From: Bacteroidota bacterium
GTDB taxonomy: Bacteria; Bacteroidota; Bacteroidia; Bacteroidales; CAIXZF01
NCBI GenBank assembly: GCA_022709385.1
Contig: JAKLIX010000002.1
Span: 44,535-108,534 of the forward strand
Direction: 5' to 3'
DNA length: 64,000 bases
Under the pieces are notes generated by a model. That model was not told the DNA's origin. It searched no databases and saw nothing but the letters and a program-made list of their open reading frames with translations. A program made the translations under genes and the position numbers. Numbering within the stretch: the stretch's first letter is position 1; the number at the start of each line of letters is the position of its first letter. Positions 53,381 through 62,590 of this stretch are shown in pieces.

Positions 53381-54520
53381 ATGAGCCAAAGAGTTGACCA
53401 ATCCTTAGTCAGGGAAGTAGAAAAGTTCGGTAAGGGCAGCTGGAACGAATGTTTCCATTGCGGAAACTGCACCGCCATTTGTCCGCTCACCGAAGAGGGT
53501 TTCCTCTTCCCCCGGAAAAGTTACAGGGCCATGCAAATGGGCCTTAAGCAGACCCTGGCCTCAGGCCTGGAACCCTGGCTGTGCTATTACTGCGGCGACT
53601 GTTCCACCAGTTGTCCGAGAGATGCCAACCCGGGCGAAACCATGATGATCCTCAGGAGGTATCTGACGTCAGTCTACGACTGGACCGGGTTGTCGAAAAA
53701 ATTCTATACCTCTCACTGGTGGGAATTTATTTTTGTCCTGATCCTGGCTGTTATCATGGTGATCCTGTTCGGGTTTATCAATCCCAATCCCGTGGATTAC
53801 ACCCTCACAGCGGAAGGCAGCGTCAGGATCAATGCCATGTTCCCGATCAAATGGGTGGAACTGGGCGACTGGGCCATGGCCATCCTGGTAGCATCTTTAC
53901 TGATATCCAATATTTTACGGATGTGGTACAAGACCGTTATCCAGGACAAAAGCGTCAAAGTTTCTCTCTTTTCTTATATCAGGGAGTTTTACCTGCTGGT
54001 AGTGCATTTCATCACCCAGAAAAGATTCTCCAAATGCGAGGACAAGAATTACTGGCTCAGTCACTGGTTCCTGATGACAGGTTATTCCATCATGTTTGCC
54101 GTCATTGTAGTCTGGCTGCCCTGGTTCCAGACGGAAAAGGTTTACCTGTGGTATGAACCTCAGAGGCTGCTTGGGTATTACGCTACTTTCGGATTGTTAT
54201 TCGGGCTGATCGTGGCAGGTGTGGGACGTATCAGGAAAAAGGGCGTCAAATTCCGCTTTTCGCATATCAGCGACTGGCTTTTCATTGTCATGTTGTTCCT
54301 GACGACCGTAACGGGTATCCTGGTTCACATCTTCCGCATCAACGGCATGGTGGAAGCTACTTATATCAGTTATATCGTGCACATGGCGGTGCTTGTGCCC
54401 ATGGTGATCGTAGAGGTGCCATTCTCCAAATGGTCGCACCTGGCATACAGGCCCTTCGCCGTTTATTTCGCCAATCTCAAGAAATCCGGACAGCCGGTCA
54501 AGGCCTCTGTTCAATCCTAA
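53381..54520 (+). CDS. QmoC-like subunit: HdrC-type 2x[4Fe-4S] domain fused to a NarI/HdrE/DsrM-type membrane cytochrome-b domain
   Basis: CFHCGNCTAICP and CYYCGDCSTSCP at the N-terminus. About 6-7 hydrophobic helices follow, with His in several (LLVVHFITQ, WLSHWFLMTG, GILVHIFRI, YIVHMAVL), and the terminal motif VPFSKWSHLAYRPF. The ATG at 53381 is preferred over the TTG at 53372. Confidence 0.75.
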   Translation: MSQRVDQSLVREVEKFGKGSWNECFHCGNCTAICPLTEEGFLFPRKSYRAMQMGLKQTLASGLEPWLCYYCGDCSTSCPRDANPGETMMILRRYLTSVYDWTGLSKKFYTSHWWEFIFVLILAVIMVILFGFINPNPVDYTLTAEGSVRINAMFPIKWVELGDWAMAILVASLLISNILRMWYKTVIQDKSVKVSLFSYIREFYLLVVHFITQKRFSKCEDKNYWLSHWFLMTGYSIMFAVIVVWLPWFQTEKVYLWYEPQRLLGYYATFGLLFGLIVAGVGRIRKKGVKFRFSHISDWLFIVMLFLTTVTGILVHIFRINGMVEATYISYIVHMAVLVPMVIVEVPFSKWSHLAYRPFAVYFANLKKSGQPVKASVQS

Positions 54521-54531
54521 AAAGCGAAACC

Positions 54532-56277
54532 ATGGAAGAAGTAAAAATAGGAGTATACGTATGCTGGTGCGGCACCAACATCGCCAAGATGGTAGATGTT
54601 GAGGAAGTTGCGAAAGAAATCGGGAAGTATCCCAATGTGGTGATTGCCAGGGATTACAAATACATGTGTTCTGATCCCGGGCAGGAACTGATCATCAATG
54701 ATATCAAAAAGCTGGGATTGAACAGGGTTGTGGTATCGGCCTGTTCGCCGCGCATTCACGAGCTTACATTCAGGAAAGCCTTGGAAAAGGCAGGTTTGAA
54801 TCCTTATCTTTTCGAGATGGCGAACATCAGGGAGCAGGATTCCTGGGTTCACACCGACCGGGTTGAAGCCACCCGTAAAGCCAAGGATCTGGTGAGAGCA
54901 GCCTTGCACAAAGTGTTGTTCCATGAACCCTTGAGTGAAAGAACCGTAGAGATCAATCCAGCCACGCTGGTGATCGGGGGCGGGATTGCAGGTATGAGTG
55001 CGGCCCTGGAGATTGCCGGTGCCGGGAAAAAAGTGTACCTGGTTGAAAAGATGGAATCCCTCGGAGGCATGATGGCCCGTCTGGATCTGACCTTCCCCGG
55101 TCTTGAAAGCGCCCGCGACAATCTGCAACTGACCGTGGCCAGGGTCATGAAGGATCCCAACATCGAGGTATATACCAATACTGTTATCCGCGACATCTTC
55201 GGATATGTGGGCAATTTCGAATGTATCATTTCGCCTAATTTTAAAGAAGATATCAGTTTGCAATTCGGCAATGTGGTGGTGGCCACCGGACTCAAAACAT
55301 TTGATCCTTCAGTGATTCCGGAGTACAAATATGGCCAGCTTCCGGACATTTACACTTCCCACGAATTTGAAGGGATGCTGACTTCCGGCCGTATTGTGAG
55401 AAAGGACGGGCGGCCGCCTGAAAATGTTGCCATCATCCATTGCGTGGGCAGCCGGAACCGGAACTACCATGAATATTGCAGCCGGGTATGCTGTATGACG
55501 GCCCTGAAGTATGCCAACCAGCTCCGGTCGGCGCTGCCGGAGGCGAATATCTTTGAGATTTATGCTGACATGAGGGCCATGGGCAAAGGATGTGAGGAGT
55601 TGTACTCCCTGAGTTCGAGGCGGAAGATCATGTTTCTGATGTTCGACCAGCAGGGACCATTGCCTGTCATACGCAAGGCCGGCAGCCGGGATAAGTGCGA
55701 CTATCTGATCACCCTGCAGGAAAAACTTTCCGGTCAGGATATCGAAGTACCCGCCGACATGGTGATCCTGATGGTAGGGACAGAAGCCAGGGAAGATGCA
55801 AAGGAGGTAGCTCACCAGGTGGGCATCAGCATGTGCGGGAACGCCTTCTTCATTGAGAAACATCCTAAGCTCGATCCTGTGGCGACCACCACCAACGGGG
55901 TGTACATTGTGGGAAGCTGCCAGGGGCCGAAGGACATTCCCGACAGCATATCCCAGGCCAGGGCTGCCGCTGCACGCATCCTGGGCACCATCGCACAGGG
56001 TTCGGTTACGGTGGAAGTAACGACGGCCAACGTGAATGAGGAACTGTGTTGCGGCTGCCAGACCTGTATCAAGGTGTGTCCCTATACTGCCATCAGCTTC
56101 AAGGAAGAAGAGAAAGTGTCGTTTGTTAACGAGATACTTTGCAAGGGCTGCGGCACCTGCGGTTCTGCCTGTCCGACCGGCGCCATCACCTGCCGCCATT
56201 TCACCGACAGGCAGCTGATCAACCAGATCGAAGGATTAATGAGAATGGATGTCGAACCTGAACTCAAGGAGGTTTAA
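54532..56277 (+). CDS. hdrA: HdrA/QmoB-like oxidoreductase, paralog 2 (Cys-containing N-terminal domain, C-terminal ferredoxin domain)
   Basis: From the ATG at 54532: [37 protein letters not shown]; FAD motif [20 protein letters not shown]; [24 protein letters not shown]; C-terminal [12 protein letters not shown] ... [12 protein letters not shown]. The DCxxC position instead reads [15 protein letters not shown]. Confidence 0.85.
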   Translation: MEEVKIGVYVCWCGTNIAKMVDVEEVAKEIGKYPNVVIARDYKYMCSDPGQELIINDIKKLGLNRVVVSACSPRIHELTFRKALEKAGLNPYLFEMANIREQDSWVHTDRVEATRKAKDLVRAALHKVLFHEPLSERTVEINPATLVIGGGIAGMSAALEIAGAGKKVYLVEKMESLGGMMARLDLTFPGLESARDNLQLTVARVMKDPNIEVYTNTVIRDIFGYVGNFECIISPNFKEDISLQFGNVVVATGLKTFDPSVIPEYKYGQLPDIYTSHEFEGMLTSGRIVRKDGRPPENVAIIHCVGSRNRNYHEYCSRVCCMTALKYANQLRSALPEANIFEIYADMRAMGKGCEELYSLSSRRKIMFLMFDQQGPLPVIRKAGSRDKCDYLITLQEKLSGQDIEVPADMVILMVGTEAREDAKEVAHQVGISMCGNAFFIEKHPKLDPVATTTNGVYIVGSCQGPKDIPDSISQARAAAARILGTIAQGSVTVEVTTANVNEELCCGCQTCIKVCPYTAISFKEEEKVSFVNEILCKGCGTCGSACPTGAITCRHFTDRQLINQIEGLMRMDVEPELKEV

Positions 56278-56278
56278 T

Positions 56279-56704
56279 ATGGAATTTCAACCAAAAATCA
56301 TCGCTTTTTTATGTAACTGGTGCTCTTATACGGGAGCGGATCTTGCAGGTACCTCGCGGATCAAGTATGCACCCAACATCCGGGTGATCCGGGTGATGTG
56401 TTCCGGCCGGGTCGATCCAACCTTTGTGCTTAAATCCTTCACGGAAGGTGCTGACGGGGTTTTGATCTGTGGTTGTCATCCGGGCGACTGTCATTACCAT
56501 GAGGGCAATTACAAATGTCTCAGGCGCTATCATTTGCTTGTGAAATACATCGAACAGATGGGAATCCGGCCTGAAAGACTCCGGCTCGAATGGGTGAGCG
56601 CCAGTGAAGGAAAGATATTCGCAGAAATCGTGAACGAAATGGTTCAGACCGTGAAAGCGCTGGGCCCTTCCGAAGTAAAAACAGTAGTTGAAACACTAAC
56701 ATAA
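56279..56704 (+). CDS. mvhD: MvhD-type [2Fe-2S] hydrogenase delta subunit
   Basis: [24 protein letters not shown] ... VMCSGRVDP ... [17 protein letters not shown] lies 6 nt upstream of the ATG at 56279. Confidence 0.85.
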   Translation: MEFQPKIIAFLCNWCSYTGADLAGTSRIKYAPNIRVIRVMCSGRVDPTFVLKSFTEGADGVLICGCHPGDCHYHEGNYKCLRRYHLLVKYIEQMGIRPERLRLEWVSASEGKIFAEIVNEMVQTVKALGPSEVKTVVETLT

Positions 56705-56715
56705 TACCGGGCACA

Positions 56716-57690
56716 ATGGAAAACAAACCAAAACTGAAACTGGCCGTTTACTGGGGTGCTGCCTGCGGCGGATGCTGTGTATCAGTCCTCGATGTCCATG
56801 AGGCACTTTTCGACGTAATCGCTGCCGCCGACCTGGTATTCTGGCCGATCGCACTCGATTTCAAGTACAAGGACGTGGAAGCCATGCCCGACAAGCATAT
56901 CGATATCACGCTTTTCAACGGTGCGGTCCGTAACAGCGAAAACGAAAATATGGCCAGACTGCTCCGGCAGAAATCGAACATCCTCATCGCTTACGGCTCC
57001 TGTGCCCACATGGGCGGTATCCCCGGATTGGCAAATATGTACGATAAAGCCTCCCTGTTCCGGAGGGTGTATATTGAAAGTGAGTCGACCGTGAATGAGA
57101 ACGGTACACTACCCCAGCCACGGTATGAAGTGCCTGAGGGTGTGCTCACCATACCGGAATTCTACAATGATGTCAGGACACTCGATCAGGTAGTTCCGGT
57201 GGATTACTACCTGCCAGGTTGTCCTCCCCAGACAGAAAGGCTGGTGGAAGTATTCATGGCCGTAGTCAAGGGTGAAGCGCTGCCCCCGCCCGGTTCGGTG
57301 GTCGGTGCCAGGGAAAAAACCCTGTGCGAAGAATGTGACCGTAAAAAAAGTGACAACAAGGTGATCAAAAAGATCTACCGCCCCTGGGAGATTTACGACG
57401 ACGGAGAAACCTGCTTTCTGGAGCAGGGTGTGATTTGTCTGGGCCCTGCCACTAGAGGAGGTTGCGGCGCACGCTGCATCAAAGGAAACTCGCCCTGCCG
57501 CGGATGCTACGGCCCCCCCTCCGAGTCCATCGATCCCGGCGCCAAAATGATGTCGGCACTGGCAACCATGATAGATGCAAAAGAACCGGAAGAAGTGGAG
57601 AAAATCCTTGAAGACCTTGCCGATCCCTCCGGAACCTTTTACCGTTGCAGTATACCGGCATCCCTGCTGCGCCGTAAAATGATCACATAA
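56716..57690 (+). CDS. mvhG: [NiFe]-hydrogenase small subunit (Mvh/group 3-type, no Tat signal)
   Basis: KLAVYWGAACGGCCVSVLD, GSCAHMGGIPG, YLPGCPP; distal cluster Cys (CLGPATRGGCGARCIKGNSPCRGC). Confidence 0.85.
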   Translation: MENKPKLKLAVYWGAACGGCCVSVLDVHEALFDVIAAADLVFWPIALDFKYKDVEAMPDKHIDITLFNGAVRNSENENMARLLRQKSNILIAYGSCAHMGGIPGLANMYDKASLFRRVYIESESTVNENGTLPQPRYEVPEGVLTIPEFYNDVRTLDQVVPVDYYLPGCPPQTERLVEVFMAVVKGEALPPPGSVVGAREKTLCEECDRKKSDNKVIKKIYRPWEIYDDGETCFLEQGVICLGPATRGGCGARCIKGNSPCRGCYGPPSESIDPGAKMMSALATMIDAKEPEEVEKILEDLADPSGTFYRCSIPASLLRRKMIT

Positions 57691-57788
57691 ACAAATACCA
57701 TGTAAGTATTTATCATATTTATGCCACAGGGACGGGCATTTGATTAATTCAATTACTTATTATCTTTGAAGCTGAAAATACAATCCAT

Positions 57789-59255
57789 ATGAGCAGGCAA
57801 ATAACCATAGACCCTATTACAAGACTGGAAGGACACGGTAAAATAGAGATCTTCCTGACTGAGGAAGGAGATGTTGATAATGTGTATTTCCAGGTTCCTG
57901 AGTTACGTGGTTTTGAAAAGTTTTGTGAAGGAAGGCCGGTGGAGGAACTACCCATGATTGTGACGAAAATCTGCGGCGTATGCCCGGGCTGCCACCACAT
58001 GGCCTCCGGCAAGGCCGTGGATGCGGTATTCGGGCTTACTCCCACACCCACGGCCAGAAAAATCAGGGAATTGTTTTACATGGCGCATTTTGTGCACAGT
58101 CATATCGCTCATTTCTATGCCCTTGCCGCACCGGATTTCGTGGTTGGACCCACCGCCGACCCGGCAGAAAGGAATGTACTCGGTGTGATCGCCAAAGTAG
58201 GCACCGAGATTGGTACGGAGGTGCTGAAACAAAGACGTATTGCCCAGGAAATCCAGGCCCTGCTCGGAGGTCACCAGACCCATGTGGTGCTAAACACCCC
58301 GGGAGGCGTAAAGAAAGGACTGACCCCCGAACAAAGGGATGATATCGTACTGAAAGCCAAAGGGTTCATTGACTTCTCAAAATTCTCCATCAAGATTTTT
58401 GAAGATGTGGTGCTGGCAAACCGTGATTATGTGGATCTGATCCTTCACGGGCCTTACAGCCTGAAGATATATAGCATGGGACTGGTGGATGAGAACCTGA
58501 AAGTCAACTTCTATGACGGCAAAGTGAGGGTGGTTGATACTGACGGAAAACAGCATTGTCTTTACGGGCCGACGGAATACAGAGATTATGTGGAGGAAAG
58601 GGTGGAACCCTGGTCTTACCTGAAGTTTCCTTACCTCAAGAAAGTGGGTTGGAAAGGATTTGTGGAAGGCAATGACTCAGGTGTATACCAGGCCACTCCC
58701 CTTTCCCGTCTCAATGCCGCCGAAGGGATGGCCACGCCCCTCGCCCAGGCTGAATACGAAAAAATGTACAATATCCTGGGCGGAAGACCCGTCCATAACA
58801 CCCTTGCCATGCACTGGGCCAGGCTGATCGAGCTGTTGTACAGCGCAGAACATTGCCTGGAACTGGCAGAAGATCCGGATATTACCGGAAAAGAACTCCG
58901 TGCACCCATACAGGGAATCAAGGGCGAAGGTGTCGGTATCGTGGAAGCCCAGCGCGGAACCCTTACGCACCATTACTGGACCGATGAGCGGGGCATCGTG
59001 ACGAAAGCCAATATCATCGTGGGAACCACCAACAACAATGCAGCCATCTGTATGTCACTGAAAAAAGCTGCACAGGGACTGATCACCAAAGGCACCAAAG
59101 TCACCGAAGGTACCCTGAACATGATTGAAATGGCGTTCCGGGCCTATGATCCCTGCTTCAGCTGTGCCACACACAGCCTTCCCGGTAACATGCCCATGAT
59201 ATTGAATATCAGGGATAAGGAAGGTAATCTGCTGGATAGTGTCCGGAGAGATTGA
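57789..59255 (+). CDS. mvhA: [NiFe]-hydrogenase large subunit (Mvh/group 3c-like by operon context)
   Basis: ITIDPITRLEGHGKI; L1 KICGVCPGCHH; C-terminal DPCFSCATH followed by a 26-aa extension, the usual endopeptidase substrate. Confidence 0.9.
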   Translation: MSRQITIDPITRLEGHGKIEIFLTEEGDVDNVYFQVPELRGFEKFCEGRPVEELPMIVTKICGVCPGCHHMASGKAVDAVFGLTPTPTARKIRELFYMAHFVHSHIAHFYALAAPDFVVGPTADPAERNVLGVIAKVGTEIGTEVLKQRRIAQEIQALLGGHQTHVVLNTPGGVKKGLTPEQRDDIVLKAKGFIDFSKFSIKIFEDVVLANRDYVDLILHGPYSLKIYSMGLVDENLKVNFYDGKVRVVDTDGKQHCLYGPTEYRDYVEERVEPWSYLKFPYLKKVGWKGFVEGNDSGVYQATPLSRLNAAEGMATPLAQAEYEKMYNILGGRPVHNTLAMHWARLIELLYSAEHCLELAEDPDITGKELRAPIQGIKGEGVGIVEAQRGTLTHHYWTDERGIVTKANIIVGTTNNNAAICMSLKKAAQGLITKGTKVTEGTLNMIEMAFRAYDPCFSCATHSLPGNMPMILNIRDKEGNLLDSVRRD

Positions 59256-59275
59256 TGGTGGTGCGTGGTAAGGAA

Positions 59276-59323
59276 GTTGAGAAGTTTAGAGGTTTAGAAG
59301 TTTAGTTGTTTAGAAGTTCAGGG
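59276..59323. repeat. Six-unit tandem array of the 8-nt unit GTTTAGNN (reverse complement of the CTAAAC arrays at 2983-3179)
   Basis: GTTGAGAA GTTTAGAG GTTTAGAA GTTTAGTT GTTTAGAA GTTCAGGG at an exact 8-nt period. It shares the 16-mer GGTTTAGAAGTTTAGT with the reverse complement of 3147-3162. Sits between mvhA and the protease gene. Confidence 0.75.
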
Positions 59324-59391
59324 GGTTAACCCTTGGTCAGGCTGAAGCGGAGTCGAAGCCCGTTTGTTGATTGGGATTAGCCTGCAGTGGA

Positions 59392-59922
59392 ATGGAACGG
59401 TTCTTCAGGTTTCATGTATCAAAATTTTCAAGCAGGAAGGAATTGCAAAACAGTGAAAAAATACTGATCCTTGGTCTGGGAAATATCATTCTCACCGATG
59501 ACGGCATTGGCCCGAGGCTGGTGGAGGATTTATCGGCCAGGCTGCAAGCACCGCACATAAGCTGGGAAACGGCGAACCTGGGAGGGATGGAATTACTGGA
59601 GCTTTTCAGGCCATACTCCGTCGTGGTTATCATAGACGCCATCAAGACCGGGACCCGGGAGCCCGGGGCGGTCTTTTACCTTACCCCCGCTAACTTTAAA
59701 GAAACCCTTCATGTCTCCAATTTCCATGATATCTCCTTTCTGACCGCACTGGAGCTGGGCCGGCAACTGAAGATGGAAGTGCCCGGGCACATTCACATCA
59801 TTGCGGTTGAAATCATTGAGGATCTGGTATTCGATGATTCGCTCTCACCGGAGCTGGAGGGGAAGTATCCTCAAATTCTGGAGGAAGTCGCGTCCATGTT
59901 GAAGGAACTTCTGCACAAATAA
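59392..59922 (+). CDS. [NiFe]-hydrogenase maturation endopeptidase (HycI/FrhD/HoxW family)
   Basis: KILILGLGNIILTDDGIGPRLVEDL; VVVIIDAI; HDISF. The start is uncertain (ATG at 59392 or later). Confidence 0.8.
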   Translation: MERFFRFHVSKFSSRKELQNSEKILILGLGNIILTDDGIGPRLVEDLSARLQAPHISWETANLGGMELLELFRPYSVVVIIDAIKTGTREPGAVFYLTPANFKETLHVSNFHDISFLTALELGRQLKMEVPGHIHIIAVEIIEDLVFDDSLSPELEGKYPQILEEVASMLKELLHK

Positions 59923-59938
59923 CAGGATTGTTTTATAA

Positions 59939-62338
59939 TTAATCCCGCAGACAACGGACAGAGAAGCCATTAGACTTGTCCACATTACCCCAGCCCACTT
60001 TAGCTGCGTTGTAATATAAATAGCGGTAATATGCTTTTAATGCCACGCTCTCGGAGGAAGACCAGAACCAGGTATTTAATCCGAGACCGTCAGAGAGCCC
60101 GGTATAATAATGATATCCGGCAGGAAGTACCGTAAAACCGCTTTCATTGGTAGCACCGGTATTGGGTGTATTCCAATGAACCGTACCCGTTTCTTTCATC
60201 TTGCCTCCGCCATTGATGCCGCTCAGACCAGGAAGATCGCAGTCAACAGCCGGATCAAGGAAGGTAAGGAGCGCACACCACTCCTGATCAGTTGGAATAT
60301 GCCAGGCTGCCGGACAGATACCCTGCACTCCCTGTACCGTTGTATATTGCATCATTTCATTCCAATTGTACTGACCGCCGTAGATACTGCAATTCAGTAT
60401 GTCATCCGAATAACAGTACTTCTCAATGACCTGATTGTCACCAGGGTTCTGGTTATTTGGTATCATCACACCGATGTTCAGGTTCTGCTGCATCCAGCAT
60501 TGGGTTCCGATTTGCACCGTGTTATACACCTGCCCGTCGCGTGTATCGGTGAAGGATGAACCGCAGGTGAAGGTAGGGCTGGTAAAGGTAATTTGCACTG
60601 TATCCGTTGAAGATGCACAGCCGGTGGTGATGGTCCACACCAGGGTGTAGGTATTGCCGGCCACACCGCTGAAGGCGGAAAGCGGGTTGCCGGGCTCAGC
60701 AACACTGCCGCCTGTGCCTGAACCGATGCTCCACTCCCCTGTCCCGCTCAGGGGCGTATTGCCTGCCAAGTTGGTGGCAGTCCCCGTCACAGTCTGGTCA
60801 GGGCCGGCATCGGATGGCGTGGGCAACGGGGAGCAGCCGGTGCCTTCATCCCGAAGACAACGAACAGAGGAGCCATATGTCCTGTTGCTACTTATCCGGG
60901 CCACATTGGCGCTGTAGTTACTCAGGCCCCGGCTGCGTGCAGCAGATGCACCATACTCTGTTGAAGTCCATAAGTTTGTGCTGATACCGACTGCACCAAA
61001 AGCCCCACTTCCATATCGTTCGCCTCCGGGAAGAGCCGTAAAACCGCTTTCATTGGTAGCTCCTGTATTGGGAGAAAGCCAATGCGCAAGGCCTGCTTCT
61101 TTCAACTTGCCACCTGCGGAAAAGCTTTCCGGACCATATACATTGCAGTTCGCATTTTGATCCAGAAAGGTTGAAAGCGCACACCATTCATCATCCGTGG
61201 GGAGATGCCAGTCTGCAGGACAAATTCCCTGCACTCCGGGGGTGGAGGTATAGCCCATCATTTCGTCCCAGTCATACACCCCCCCATAAACGGCACACAT
61301 TGCCGGATCGTTATCGTAACAGTATTTTTCTATGATGCCGTTATTGCTGCAATCTGAATGAATTTGAACAGCAATTGTTGAGTTCACCATTGTTCCGATA
61401 TTCAGATTCTGCATCATCCAGCATTGCGTGCCAATCTGAACGGTATTATACACCTGCCCGTCGCGGGTATCGGTGAAGGATGAACCGCAGGTGAAGTTAG
61501 GGCTGGTAAAGGTAATTTGTACTGTATCCGTTGAAGATGCACAGCCGGTGGTGATGGTCCACACCAGGGTATACGTATTGCCGGCCACACCGCTGAAGGC
61601 GGAAAGCGGGTTGCCGGGTTCGGCAACACTGCCGCCTGTGCCTGAACCGATGCTCCACTCCCCTGTCCCGCTCAGGGGCGTATTGCCTGCCAAGTTGGTG
61701 GCAGTCCCCGTCACAGTCTGGTCAGGGCCGGCATCGGATGGCGTGGGCAACGGGGAGCAGCCAGCCGGGATGAAGGTAGCATCAAGGTCGCCGTAACACA
61801 GGCCCCGGAAATTCAACACAAGCGGTATATCATCGGTAACTGCGATGGTATTGCTTTCAAAGACCCAGTCACCTGCCGGGAAGGTGGCGATCTGTCCTAC
61901 AAACCGGCGCAGGATCATCAGGGCATCGGTGCTGTTCACATAGCCATTGTCGTTGATGTCGGCCGCCTCAAATTTCAAGCCTGTCAGGGTGATCTGTCCG
62001 ACATAATGCCGCAGCGCAATCAGCGCATCGGTGGCATTTATGCCTCCTGCAGGACGCGTGGACGCAGCAGTAATTATGTAATTTCCAGGGGTGAGCTGGC
62101 AAAAGCCGTATTGCCCCATGTAATCCGTTGTGGTAGTCTGCAGCAGTTGTCCGGCCGCTGTCATTAACTGCACCTGTACATCATACAAGGGAGTGGCGGC
62201 ATTGTTGAAATAGGTGATTTGTCCGGTGATATTCGGGCAGTCCGAATTAACACTCATGACAGGCCTGGCAAGAATTCCCGGCATCCATAACACAGAAAAG
62301 CAGATTGCCGGTAGAAACACTTTGCAAAAACGCTTCAT
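59939..62338 (-). CDS. Secreted 799-aa protein: N-terminal CarboxypepD_reg + dockerin-like module followed by two (Ig-like + FISUMP) units
   Basis: Signal MKRFCKVFLPAICFSVLWMPGILA. Module NITGQITYFNN...PAGGINATDALIALRHYVGQITLTGLKFEAADINDNGYVNSTDALMILRRFVGQIATFPAGDWVFE...CYGDLDATFIP. Two FISUMP-type domains (TDTRDGQVYNTVQIGTQCWM.QNLN ... CPA.WH.PTD.EW..L ... GATNESGFT.LP.G ... GFSVRCLRD). Confidence 0.85.
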   Translation of the reverse strand: MKRFCKVFLPAICFSVLWMPGILARPVMSVNSDCPNITGQITYFNNAATPLYDVQVQLMTAAGQLLQTTTTDYMGQYGFCQLTPGNYIITAASTRPAGGINATDALIALRHYVGQITLTGLKFEAADINDNGYVNSTDALMILRRFVGQIATFPAGDWVFESNTIAVTDDIPLVLNFRGLCYGDLDATFIPAGCSPLPTPSDAGPDQTVTGTATNLAGNTPLSGTGEWSIGSGTGGSVAEPGNPLSAFSGVAGNTYTLVWTITTGCASSTDTVQITFTSPNFTCGSSFTDTRDGQVYNTVQIGTQCWMMQNLNIGTMVNSTIAVQIHSDCSNNGIIEKYCYDNDPAMCAVYGGVYDWDEMMGYTSTPGVQGICPADWHLPTDDEWCALSTFLDQNANCNVYGPESFSAGGKLKEAGLAHWLSPNTGATNESGFTALPGGERYGSGAFGAVGISTNLWTSTEYGASAARSRGLSNYSANVARISSNRTYGSSVRCLRDEGTGCSPLPTPSDAGPDQTVTGTATNLAGNTPLSGTGEWSIGSGTGGSVAEPGNPLSAFSGVAGNTYTLVWTITTGCASSTDTVQITFTSPTFTCGSSFTDTRDGQVYNTVQIGTQCWMQQNLNIGVMIPNNQNPGDNQVIEKYCYSDDILNCSIYGGQYNWNEMMQYTTVQGVQGICPAAWHIPTDQEWCALLTFLDPAVDCDLPGLSGINGGGKMKETGTVHWNTPNTGATNESGFTVLPAGYHYYTGLSDGLGLNTWFWSSSESVALKAYYRYLYYNAAKVGWGNVDKSNGFSVRCLRD
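60494..60838 (-). repeat. Near-identical 345-bp intragenic duplicate, copy A
   Basis: Matches 61418-61762 at an offset of exactly 924 bp, with only scattered substitutions. Encodes CSPLPTPSDAGPDQTVTGTATNLAGNTPLSGTGEWSIGSGTGGSVAEPGNPLSAFSGVAGNTYTLVWTITTGCASSTDTVQITFTSP.FTCGSSFTDTRDGQVYNTVQIGTQCWM. Confidence 0.9.
61418..61762 (-). repeat. Near-identical 345-bp intragenic duplicate, copy B
   Basis: See 60494-60838. The remainders of the two 308-aa units (the FISUMP bodies) are much more diverged. Confidence 0.9.
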
Positions 62339-62590
62339 TTTGTGCAGATTAAACTGATTTTGAACTAATTATCATTTAAAAATGGTCAGTGTGATATATA
62401 ATAACCAATAATACAAAAATTCTGAACAGGAATATTTATTTGGATGCTAAAAATTTCATCCACGTCAATGGAACCATATTATCATCCACGTATCTACCGG
62501 GACATAATATATGATTGTATGCAGAATCAGCTCACTGATTTATTTTCTTATTTTTGCAACATAAATTATCTTACGTTAGTAAAATAAGAT

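Noticed and set aside
53581-54156. 191-aa alternative-frame ORF inside the qmoC-like gene and 250-aa antisense ORF at 52626-53378
   Set aside because: They are embedded in genes with strong motif support, and their translations are Arg/Pro/His-rich without motifs.
35470-59922. Hydrogen-metabolism island considered as a horizontally acquired genomic island or mobile element
   Set aside because: No integrase, transposase, tRNA attachment site or flanking direct repeats were seen. The bordering genes are ordinary housekeeping and surface-protein genes. Compositional shift cannot be judged reliably by eye.
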